Source: an uncultured Bacteroidales bacterium (GTDB taxonomy: Bacteria > Bacteroidota > Bacteroidia > Bacteroidales > FEN-979). Taken from it: a stretch of DNA of 64,000 bases. The DNA lies in assembly GCA_903875045.1 (NCBI GenBank), contig CAIQUS010000175.1:10409-74408 (forward strand), read 5' to 3'. A program made the position numbers and the translations under genes. Shown one piece after another: positions 1 through 7,989 of this stretch (the stretch's first letter is position 1; every line of letters starts with the position of its first letter). The notes below the pieces were generated by a model. It had not been told where the DNA came from. It was given only the letters and a program-made list of their open reading frames with translations, and did not search any database.

Positions 1-347
1 CGGTGAATACCTTTGCCCAGACTGTTGAACCTCAGCATAAACTTCAGCCCCGGTGTAAAATTCTTGTCTCTGATTGCCCATCCCTGAATGCTGTCAGTCA
101 GTTTGAAAAACAAGGTATCGCCGGTAAACTGCGCGTGGATGGAGGAGAAACTGAGAACACTGTCAACCACAACAGAAAAGAGGGGCTGGGAAACCGGAAG
201 ATCAATTTTACCCGCTTTTTCGGTAATAACAGATTTGATCATGAACAGGTTCGCCGGATCGTGCCCTAAGTTTTGCAGGTTTGTTTGGGCAAACAGTTGA
301 TATGAAATTTGAAGTAAAAGAGATGACAACCAGAAGACCTTTTTCAT
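1..347 (-). CDS. secreted hypothetical protein, N-terminal part only (gene runs off the left edge)
   Basis: Absent from the ORF track because no stop lies in the window. ATG at 347 (minus) opens a stop-free frame down to position 1: MKKVFWLSSLLLQISYQLFAQTNLQNLGHD..., a typical signal peptide. Track ORFs 3..269 and 88..300 (+) look like its antisense shadow. Confidence 0.5.
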   Translation of the reverse strand, partial: MKKVFWLSSLLLQISYQLFAQTNLQNLGHDPANLFMIKSVITEKAGKIDLPVSQPLFSVVVDSVLSFSSIHAQFTGDTLFFKLTDSIQGWAIRDKNFTPGLKFMLRFNSLGKGIH

Positions 348-359
348 GACAAACGACCA

Positions 360-851
360 TTATCGTTTTCCGTAAAACAGATCACGTTGTGAAAAAGCAT
401 GCTCATGTTCCAGCAGCCATTTTTTCCGCTTCAGTCCGCCGCGGTAACCGACCAAACGGCCATTTGATCCGATGACCCGGTGGCAGGGGACAATAATTGA
501 AACCGGGTTATTGCCGTTTGCCCCGCCCACTGCCCTGAATGCCTTGACATTACCGGTTCTTCGAGCCAATTCAAGGTAAGAGATGGTTTGTCCATAAGGT
601 ATTTTCAAAAGTTCGTTCCAAACCTTCAGCTGAAAAGGGGAACCATCAAGGTCAAGTTTGATGTCAAATTCGACCCGGGAGCCATGGAAATACTCATCGA
701 GTTGATCGATGCAGGTCCTGAGACATGCAGGGATATGCTGAGGTTTGACCTTAAAATTAAGGAAATACAAACTATTTATCCCTTTTTCTGAACCAGTAAC
801 CTCCAGATGGCCAATGGGTGTTTTCAGGAAGGCCCGATGCATCGGGTTCAT
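360..851 (-). CDS. ogt: O6-alkylguanine-DNA alkyltransferase (MGMT/Ogt family)
   Basis: Active-site motif PCHRVIGSNG and the DNA-binding wing (YGQTISYLELARRTG) are present. I start at MNPMHRAF (851) rather than the track start 923, because the upstream gene's stop codon is at 853-855 and the extension is not protein-like. Confidence 0.85.
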   Translation of the reverse strand: MNPMHRAFLKTPIGHLEVTGSEKGINSLYFLNFKVKPQHIPACLRTCIDQLDEYFHGSRVEFDIKLDLDGSPFQLKVWNELLKIPYGQTISYLELARRTGNVKAFRAVGGANGNNPVSIIVPCHRVIGSNGRLVGYRGGLKRKKWLLEHEHAFSQRDLFYGKR

Positions 852-852
852 A

Positions 853-1065
853 TCAGGGAGTTTTTGCTTTCCAACTTTTCCAGGAAAAAAACAGCATGAT
901 AAGTCCGAAGACCAGCATGCCACATCCCGACCAGAGATTGATATTTATACCCAGCGACCGGCTGTACAAGGCTTCGTCGCCTCCGGTAACAATTCCGAAT
1001 ACAGTAAGAAGGAACCCCAGGATGGTGAACATCAGGCCTATCGGAAATTTTATATCTATACCCAT
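853..1065 (-). CDS. small two-TM membrane protein, probable accessory subunit of the upstream symporter
   Basis: 70 aa with two hydrophobic helices (FPIGLMFTILGFLLTVFGIV and SGCGMLVFGLIMLFF). Sits 68 nt downstream of the SSS transporter on the same strand and abuts ogt. Confidence 0.5.
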   Translation of the reverse strand: MGIDIKFPIGLMFTILGFLLTVFGIVTGGDEALYSRSLGININLWSGCGMLVFGLIMLFFSWKSWKAKTP

Positions 1066-1133
1066 AGTGTTAATTAGTTAATATGATGATGTGATATTGT
1101 GATAATGTGATGATTTGAGCCTGCGTTGTTTTC

Positions 1134-2867
1134 CTACCAGAATAATATTGTTAATATGGTACCGATGGTGAGTACCAGTATTGCCAGGGTGGATGAACGC
1201 TGATACCATGCCACATCAGTTTCGATATGTCGTGGTGTGAGGGAATAAACAAGTCCTTTCAGCTCATCGTCCGATTTTTTCTGTTTTGTTGCAAGTGACA
1301 GAAAAACAGTGACCAATGCGCTGGTTGTGAAAGCAAAAATAGCGGTCCAGAAATTCTGCGCCATTTCCACAGGGTATGTATGAAGGTTGGTAATCCAGCC
1401 ACCTTTTACAAGGGTTGCAGCACCTTCAGGAACAGTTAATCCATGGTGCAACAGTGCAATGAAGAAACCTGCCAGCAAGCCGGTAAAGGCAGCATGGCCG
1501 GTCGTTCTTTTCCAGAACATTCCTAAAAAGATGACCGCAAACAACGGGGCATTGATCATGGAGAAAATTGTTTGCAGGAAATCCATGATATTTCCGAAAA
1601 GGCTGGCAAGGTAAGCTGCTGCAATACTAACGATAACCCCAAAAATCGTTGCCATGCGACCGACAAACAAATAATGTTTGTCATCGGCTTCCTTATTCGA
1701 AGTAACCGGACGAATATAGCTCTGGTAAATATCGTAGGTCCATACTGTGTTGAACGCGGATACATTTCCGGCCATTCCCGACATGAAGGAGGCAAGTAAG
1801 GCCGTAATTCCCAATCCCAGTACACCGGCAGGCAGGTATTGCTTCAACAGTGCGATGATGGTGTAATCATAATTATAATGGCCTGGTGAAATTTCAGGTA
1901 AAGTGAAACCAGATCCTTGTTTATTCAACAGGACAAGGGCAGCAATTCCGGGAACGATGATAAGAAATGGAATGAACATCTTAGGCAATGCGCCAATAAG
2001 AGGCGTATTCCTGGCTGCTGTTGGCGATTCGGCCGACATGGCGCGTTGTACAATTAAAAAGTTGGTGCACCAATATCCAAAAGATAACACAAATCCAAGA
2101 CCGGCAGCGATGCCATACCATTCAACACCCAGTGGATTCGCTTTGGCCGATCCGGTGTATTTCCACGTTGTTGTCCATGTATCGGGTGCAAATCCTTTTG
2201 CCGACACGATCGGAGCCAGTTGTTCTTTCATCCCATCCCATCCGCCTAAGTCCTGAAGACTCAGAATTACAATAGGCAGCAGGCCGATGACAATGATAAA
2301 GAATTGCAGGACTTCGTTGTAAATCGCAGAAGAGAGGCCGCCAAGGTAAGTATAACCGAGAACGATGGCAGCGGAAAGCACCAGGCTGAGATGGAAGTTC
2401 CACCCCAATACTTTTTCCATCAGGATGGCCAGTGCATACATCGAAATTCCGGATGCCAGGATGGTCATTACCGCAAAAAGGATGGCATTTAACCCTCGGG
2501 TTTTTTCATCAAATCTCAACTTCAGATATTCCGGAACAGACCTCGCTTTTGATCCATAATAAAAAGGCATCATGAATAAAGCAAGGAACACCATGGCCGG
2601 GATGGCGCCAACCCAATAAAAGTGAGTTGTTAACATGCCATACTTTGCCCCTGATCCGGTCATACCCATTACTTCAAGGGCTCCAAGATTTGTCGAGATA
2701 AAAGCAAGGCCGGCGACCCATGCCGGCATTGATCGTCCGGCTTCAAGGAATGCATTGGCATCCTTCATATAACGTTTTAGCGCCCATCCGATCCCCAGAA
2801 CAAAGGCGAAATATACGATCATGATGGTGTAATCAATCCAGCTGAGAACAAAACCTGTTTCTGTCAT
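1134..2867 (-). CDS. sodium:solute symporter (SSS) family transporter
   Basis: About 13 hydrophobic segments. The SSS-like N-terminal region reads FLEAGRSMPAWVAGLAFISTNLGALEVMGMTGSGAKYG. Start placed at MTETGFVLSWIDY (2867); the track ORF extends to 2927. Confidence 0.85.
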   Translation of the reverse strand: MTETGFVLSWIDYTIMIVYFAFVLGIGWALKRYMKDANAFLEAGRSMPAWVAGLAFISTNLGALEVMGMTGSGAKYGMLTTHFYWVGAIPAMVFLALFMMPFYYGSKARSVPEYLKLRFDEKTRGLNAILFAVMTILASGISMYALAILMEKVLGWNFHLSLVLSAAIVLGYTYLGGLSSAIYNEVLQFFIIVIGLLPIVILSLQDLGGWDGMKEQLAPIVSAKGFAPDTWTTTWKYTGSAKANPLGVEWYGIAAGLGFVLSFGYWCTNFLIVQRAMSAESPTAARNTPLIGALPKMFIPFLIIVPGIAALVLLNKQGSGFTLPEISPGHYNYDYTIIALLKQYLPAGVLGLGITALLASFMSGMAGNVSAFNTVWTYDIYQSYIRPVTSNKEADDKHYLFVGRMATIFGVIVSIAAAYLASLFGNIMDFLQTIFSMINAPLFAVIFLGMFWKRTTGHAAFTGLLAGFFIALLHHGLTVPEGAATLVKGGWITNLHTYPVEMAQNFWTAIFAFTTSALVTVFLSLATKQKKSDDELKGLVYSLTPRHIETDVAWYQRSSTLAILVLTIGTILTILFW

Positions 2868-2993
2868 TGTTTTTTGTTTTTTTATCTCATGCTGAAGCAT
2901 GAGGTTGTATGAGGTTAGAGCAAACAAAATTAGAAGTATATTTTTATTAACGGTAACTTTGAAGCCGGAAAATCATAAAAAGGATAAAAAACA

Positions 2994-4151
2994 TTGAAAA
3001 CAAGTGCATTTTTAGTATTTATAACCATCGTCCTCATTGTCTACGGACTGGTTAACAGTTATATTTTTGTGCGGGGCTTGCAGGCAATCCCGATAGGTTC
3101 GGCCTGGAGACCATGGTATATTGCTGGGTTTTGGTGCATCGCATCCACTTTTATCCTGGCGAGATTTATGGAACGGGCATATCCGGGCGGCTTTACCGGG
3201 GTTGTTACCTGGATTGGATCATTCTGGCTTGCTTTTATGCTTTATTTTATTTTGATTGCCATATTCATTGATCTCGCCCGGGCAATTAACTATTTTCTAC
3301 ACATCATCCCGCAATCATTTTATGTTGATTACCAGAAAACCAAGGTAATCTTACTATTGAGTACCCTTGCATTGGTCTCAATCATTGTGGTGATTGGGTT
3401 CATCAATGCCCGGACACCCGTGATCAGGAAACTGGAACTGCATATCGGAAAGGTAGTAAACGGCGACAAATCTCTCAACATCGTGATGGCTTCCGACATC
3501 CACCTTGGGACCATCATTGCAAAGCGAAAAGCCAACAGGCTGGTTGCCTCGATCAATGAGTTGCATCCCGACATTGTTCTTTTTGCCGGTGATGTGGTAG
3601 ATGAAGATCTTGCCCCTGTGATCAATAACAACCTGGGTGTGAATCTTTTGCAGATCAGATCAAAACTTGGTGTATATGCAATCACCGGGAACCATGAATA
3701 CATAGGAGGCGTTGAACCTGCTGTAAAATATCTCCGTGAACATGGCGTTACGATGCTGCGTGATACAGCCATATTCATCGGAGAAAGGTTTTATCTTGTG
3801 GGTCGTGAGGACCGGGACCGGTCGCGGTTTTCGGGTAAAAACCGCAAGGAATTAGCTGAACTGATGCAACTTGTCTCCCCAGGTTACCCTGTGATCCTGT
3901 TAGATCATCAACCATTCAATCTGGAGCATTCCGTTGAACAAGGTATTGACCTTCAGCTTTCAGGCCATACGCATCATGGGCAGCTTTGGCCATTCAACCA
4001 TATTACCAACGCAATATATGAGATCAGTTGCGGTTACAAACTGATCGGGAATACCCATTTTTACGTATCTACAGGGTTTGGCACATGGGGCCCGCCGGTG
4101 AGGTTGGGTAACCGGCCTGAAATTGTACAGATAAAGTTAACTTTTGATTAG
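2994..4151 (+). CDS. membrane-anchored metallophosphoesterase (YkuE-like calcineurin-fold phosphatase)
   Basis: Four N-terminal TM helices are followed by the metallophosphoesterase motifs SDIHLG, GDVVDE, GNHEY and GHTHHGQ. A TTG start is the first possible start after an in-frame TAA. Confidence 0.85.
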   Translation: MKTSAFLVFITIVLIVYGLVNSYIFVRGLQAIPIGSAWRPWYIAGFWCIASTFILARFMERAYPGGFTGVVTWIGSFWLAFMLYFILIAIFIDLARAINYFLHIIPQSFYVDYQKTKVILLLSTLALVSIIVVIGFINARTPVIRKLELHIGKVVNGDKSLNIVMASDIHLGTIIAKRKANRLVASINELHPDIVLFAGDVVDEDLAPVINNNLGVNLLQIRSKLGVYAITGNHEYIGGVEPAVKYLREHGVTMLRDTAIFIGERFYLVGREDRDRSRFSGKNRKELAELMQLVSPGYPVILLDHQPFNLEHSVEQGIDLQLSGHTHHGQLWPFNHITNAIYEISCGYKLIGNTHFYVSTGFGTWGPPVRLGNRPEIVQIKLTFD

Positions 4152-4183
4152 TCAGGGGGTTGGAAGATATAGAAACAGCACTT

Positions 4184-5419
4184 ATGAAAAAACTATCGTT
4201 CAGAACTTACCCGGTTATTGCACTCTTTACAGTGCTTCTTATTGTTTCAATCATACTGGTTGTAATCTATTATCAACGGGAAGCCCCTCCCAAACCGGTA
4301 TCTGCCTCCACTCCTCCCCCTGCGATGGCCTATGGGATCCGGATGGACAGTATGAATATTGTTTATGGTTCTGTTTCAAACAATCAAAACCTTTCGGCAT
4401 TGTTATCCGCTTATGTTCCGGATGGTACGATTGACCAGATTGCAAAAAATACCCGGGAAATTTTTGATGTGCGGAAAATCAAAGCAGGCAACCGGTTTGC
4501 AAGGGTGTTTTCAAAGGATACCTTAAAACGAACGCTGTTTTTTATTTATGAAATCAATCCGATTGATTTTGTTGTTTACGACCTGAGAGATTCACTGAAA
4601 GTATATAAAAACAAGAAAAAAGTAACAAGGTTGATCAAAACCGCAAGCGGAACAATCACAAGTTCACTTTGGAACTGTTTTGTAGAGAATAAACTGGATG
4701 TCAATCTCGGGCTTGCACTTTCGGATGTTTATGCGTGGACAGTCGATTTTTACGGATTGCAGAAGGGAGACAATTTCAAGGTAATCTACGAAGAATTATT
4801 TGTTGATAATAAAATGATCGGCATCGACCGTATCCTCGCTTCAAAATTCCAGACCAACGGCAAAGATTTCTATGCCTACCATTTTGAACAGCAAGGCAAG
4901 GGTGCCTATTTTGATGAAAACGGCATAAGCCTTCAACGTTCATTCTTAAAAGCCCCGCTTACCTTTTCACGCATCAGCTCACGTTTTTCACGGTCGCGTA
5001 TGCACCCGATCCTGCGCATTGCCCGCCCCCATTTCGGAGTTGATTATTCAGCGCCACGCGGCACACCTGTGGTATCACTGGGAGATGGAAACGTTAAAGA
5101 AGTCGGGTTTCATGGTGGATTCGGGCGTTTCATCAGCATCCACCACAATTCCGTTTATACCACCACCTATGCCCATTTGTCGGGCTACGCAAAAGGACTG
5201 AAACCAGGCAACCATGTTCAGCAGGGACAGGTGATCGGGTATGTTGGCAGCAGTGGCCTTTCTACGGGGCCACACCTTGATTTCAGGGTATATAAAAATG
5301 GTAGTCCGACTGACCCGTTGAAACTGGAATCGCCCCCATCAAAACCTGTTGAAGCCAAAGATATGCAAAGGTTTATGCAACTGGTTGCAAAGATGAATAC
5401 GGAGTTGAAGGCAAAGTGA
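4184..5419 (+). CDS. M23 family peptidoglycan metalloendopeptidase
   Basis: HFGVDYSAPRGTPVVSLGDG (HxxxD) and GSSGLSTGPHLDFRV motifs, with an N-terminal TM anchor. ATG at 4184 (MKKLSFRTY) is preferred over the TTG at 4160. Confidence 0.85.
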   Translation: MKKLSFRTYPVIALFTVLLIVSIILVVIYYQREAPPKPVSASTPPPAMAYGIRMDSMNIVYGSVSNNQNLSALLSAYVPDGTIDQIAKNTREIFDVRKIKAGNRFARVFSKDTLKRTLFFIYEINPIDFVVYDLRDSLKVYKNKKKVTRLIKTASGTITSSLWNCFVENKLDVNLGLALSDVYAWTVDFYGLQKGDNFKVIYEELFVDNKMIGIDRILASKFQTNGKDFYAYHFEQQGKGAYFDENGISLQRSFLKAPLTFSRISSRFSRSRMHPILRIARPHFGVDYSAPRGTPVVSLGDGNVKEVGFHGGFGRFISIHHNSVYTTTYAHLSGYAKGLKPGNHVQQGQVIGYVGSSGLSTGPHLDFRVYKNGSPTDPLKLESPPSKPVEAKDMQRFMQLVAKMNTELKAK

Positions 5420-5441
5420 GGGAATGGCTGGGTAATGCAGC

Positions 5442-6086
5442 TCAATCATCTGAGATGTTTAAATCATAAATACTACGGATGCTTGAAAAGTATGCGCCCA
5501 GGTTCACATCAAGCTCTTTCAGCAATCCGTTATGCAGGTCGTATACCCAGGCATGGATTTGCGGGAAACCGGTTTTATACCATCTGCGCTGTACATGGTC
5601 AATTTTAACAATATTCACGCACTGTTCGATCACATTCAGTTCCACCAGCCTGTCAAATTTCAACCGGGGATCATCCATTTCATCCAATTCATGCTGATGA
5701 ATCCGGTATACATCGCGTAAAGTTTGCAGCCAACTGTTCAATTGCCCCATATCTGTTGGATGTAAGGCTGCTTTCACTCCCCCGCAACCATAGTGACCGC
5801 ATACGATGATATGTTGTATGTCAAGGTATTCTACTGCATATTGAATCACTGCGTTAATATTGTTGTCGGTGCCAACGACAAGGTTTGCAATGTTGCGGTG
5901 AACGAACACCTCTCCCTCATCCAGTCCCATGATCACATTGGCAGGAACCCTGCTGTCGGAGCAGCCTATGTATAAAAAATGGGGTTTCTGATCGCGTGCA
6001 AGCTTTTCAAAAAAGTGTTCATCCTGGGCAAGTTTACTTTGCACCCAGGCTTTATTGTTCTCAAAAATCTGAAGGTATGAATCCAT
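5442..6086 (-). CDS. can: beta-class carbonic anhydrase
   Basis: Reads co-linearly with E. coli Can as I recall it. Zinc-ligand motifs CSDSRVP and GHYGCGG are present, plus FVHRNIANLV. Confidence 0.9.
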   Translation of the reverse strand: MDSYLQIFENNKAWVQSKLAQDEHFFEKLARDQKPHFLYIGCSDSRVPANVIMGLDEGEVFVHRNIANLVVGTDNNINAVIQYAVEYLDIQHIIVCGHYGCGGVKAALHPTDMGQLNSWLQTLRDVYRIHQHELDEMDDPRLKFDRLVELNVIEQCVNIVKIDHVQRRWYKTGFPQIHAWVYDLHNGLLKELDVNLGAYFSSIRSIYDLNISDD

Positions 6087-6284
6087 GTGCTGTTTAAATT
6101 TGAATAAAATTACAAAAATCAGCGATAGCCGATTTTTTTTTACCTCAACCCCCGATGAATGATTCTTGTTTTTTCCCTTTTCTTAGCAAAATACTCTTTG
6201 ATTTGCTCAAAATCCAAATCTGCAATTTCACGGCTAATTTCATCCCTGGCTTGACGCATAAATTCTACTGCATCAAACTCTTTT

Positions 6285-6751
6285 TTATTTTTCGCTTTCA
6301 AAACTTATCATTTCTTGCGGTGAATGAATTTCGAGCATTGGATAACCGGATTTTAGATTGACCGCATTATATCCCCGGATCCGGTTATAATTCAAAATGT
6401 GCTTAAAATTCCAGCTAATTAAAACATCAGCTCTGTTAATCGTGGCTAAAACTATATGAATACAATCATCTCTGCTTGTTTTGCCAACTACATTTTCGGT
6501 ATGTATCTATCCGCCAGTTCAATGGATTCAGGAGTGATCTCAATATACTCAATCATTTCTTTTGGCAATCCATTGCTAAAGTCCTTTACTTTTTGAGGAG
6601 CATTTCCCAATTCACTTTCAGTTAACTCAGAATAGAGGATTCGAGTATTCTCGTTTTGGATTGAAGCAAACAACTGCTTCGTAATCAACTCAAACTCCTC
6701 GTCAAATTATCCTCCGAAAACAGATGTGTCAATATAATATTTGGGCTTCAT
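6285..6751 (-). pseudogene. PIN-domain toxin gene (type II TA-like), disrupted
   Basis: Minus-strand reading gives MKPKYYIDTSVFGG-TAA-FDEEFELITKQLF...ADRYIPKM-TAG. After a frame change it continues ENVVGKTSRDDCIHIVLATINRADVLISWNFKHILNYNRIRGYNAVNLKSGYPMLEIHSPQE. That is one in-frame stop plus one frameshift in an otherwise recognisable PIN-like protein. Confidence 0.6.
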
Positions 6752-6810
6752 AAGGCTTGTCTTTAATACCCAGATAGCATTTTTGACAAACCTTTCACAA
6801 TAATTTCCTT

Positions 6811-6903
6811 GCCCATAACGTCTACTTGCAGCCGCAACAAAGGTTAATCTTTACAAAGCAGAATTAATTATGGTTTTGTTGCAGGTGCAAACTCGTTATG
6901 GGC
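6811..6903. repeat. 93-bp imperfect palindrome with GCCCATAAC / GTTATGGGC termini (attC-like hairpin)
   Basis: The left arm gcccataacgtctacttgcagccgcaacaaagg (6811-6843) pairs with the right arm ggttttgttgcaggtgcaaactcgttatgggc (6872-6903), with a few bulges. The 12-mer cttgcccataac recurs at 7415-7426. Confidence 0.55.
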
Positions 6904-6912
6904 ACGGTTTTC

Positions 6913-7272
6913 TTATTCCTTTTTGAGCTCAAATAATTTTTTATTTGTCTCGCTATCAAATGATAATAAGTGGTCAGTTATGCTGTCGTGAGTAAAATAA
7001 ACCATTTTGTTGCCCAAAATGGCAACCATCTTTTGATTTTTTAAATCAAATAATGCGTTCGTTTTTTCATCAGGTGCTTTTGTCCGTGAAATTTCAAAAC
7101 CATTTCCTTTTTTTGAAATTGTTATATGAGATACTAGATTGTCAGTCCTTTCCGGGGTAATAACCCATTTACCAATGAATTTTTCGCTTTGTGCACATGA
7201 TGTCTTTGTGGAAAATAAACAAACGGTTAAGGAAATAAAGGCCACGATAAAGAATATTTTACTTTTTCCCAT
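6913..7272 (-). CDS. small secreted/lipoprotein-like hypothetical protein
   Basis: 119-aa ORF with signal peptide MGKSKIFFIVAFISLTVCLFSTKTSCAQ. I recognise no family. Confidence 0.55.
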   Translation of the reverse strand: MGKSKIFFIVAFISLTVCLFSTKTSCAQSEKFIGKWVITPERTDNLVSHITISKKGNGFEISRTKAPDEKTNALFDLKNQKMVAILGNKMVYFTHDSITDHLLSFDSETNKKLFELKKE

Positions 7273-7547
7273 TTTATTAATATTAAATTGTAATACTAAA
7301 TTAGCATGTCTGATTATGCTCCGTTTGGGTGGTTTCTGGTCTCCACTTTCTTAATTATTCTGTGTCTGTCACTATAGGTTGTCAGCCTTTCTATGACCTT
7401 TGTTGTTTATTAAACTTGCCCATAACTCGCTAACCACAACATTGTGTTTATTTCGATTCCTTACGCAATTAATTTGGTAATAATTCGTAAAAATATGCTA
7501 AAAAGTGGAATAATTGTTCTAATCACAAAAAAAATCATAAAATATGC

Positions 7548-7584
7548 ATAAAAATCAAAAACCCTGCCATTGCTGACAGGGTTT
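7548..7584 (-). terminator. rho-independent terminator (minus strand)
   Basis: Stem aaaccctg / cagggttt (7559-7566 and 7577-7584) around a 10-nt loop. On the minus strand it is followed by TTTTGATTTTTAT. Confidence 0.6.
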
Positions 7585-7902
7585 GAATGCACACACACTT
7601 CACTTGAACAAATGTAATAGTTTACCAGGTTATTTTTTTTACCGTCTGCACCGTTCTGGATCATATCTGGCTTTTCATGCCACCACAGGAACCGGGATTG
7701 TTTCCGGTTGGCCTGGCCAGGTCAACGAGCGAAACGGTGAGCGCACCAATGGGGCGCGGGGCGACGCTGGCTATTACCAGCACACCGATTACCCATAGGG
7801 GTTTACCCCGATGGCGGTGCCGATCGTGGCCCCCGACAGAACCACGAAAATGAGTGTCACCATAATTTTCATTGTATATTTCATGACAGGTGAACGGGAG
7901 AG

Positions 7903-7934
7903 CCCTCTCCCTGAAGAGAGGGTTGGGTGAGGTG
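7903..7934. repeat. GC-rich hairpin repeat, half-copy (family F1)
   Basis: ccctctc-cctgaa-gagaggg hairpin followed by ttgggtgaggtg. The same hairpin plus a GGGTTGAGTGAGGTG arm occurs at 25923-25954, and related sequence occurs at 32307-32381. Confidence 0.6.
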
Positions 7935-7989
7935 AATTGAGGAAAGGCAAAATTGCAGTATTTTGAGTATTTTAGCAAAAAAAAATCCG

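Noticed and set aside
3-300. Plus-strand track ORFs 3..269 and 88..300
   Set aside because: Their composition is not protein-like. They lie antisense to a stop-free minus-strand frame that begins with a clear signal peptide at 347, so the minus-strand gene is the better explanation.
588-1081. Plus-strand ORFs (588..791, 745..1077, 818..1081) across ogt and the small membrane gene
   Set aside because: They are antisense shadows of two well-supported minus-strand genes (PCHRV motif; two-TM peptide). They show no motifs of their own.
6155-6361. Plus-strand ORF 6155..6361 (68 aa)
   Set aside because: It lies antisense to the tail of the PIN pseudogene and the small KNKKEFDAVEFMRQ ORF. It is phenylalanine/leucine-rich low-complexity sequence typical of AT-rich antisense frames.
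7661-7978. 105-aa minus-strand ORF 7661..7978 as a real gene
   Set aside because: Its N-terminal half reads through the F1 half-repeat and the promoter region of the divergent T9SS gene, and it is not protein-like. Only the C-terminal hydrophobic part looks coding (see the finding at 7548-7884).
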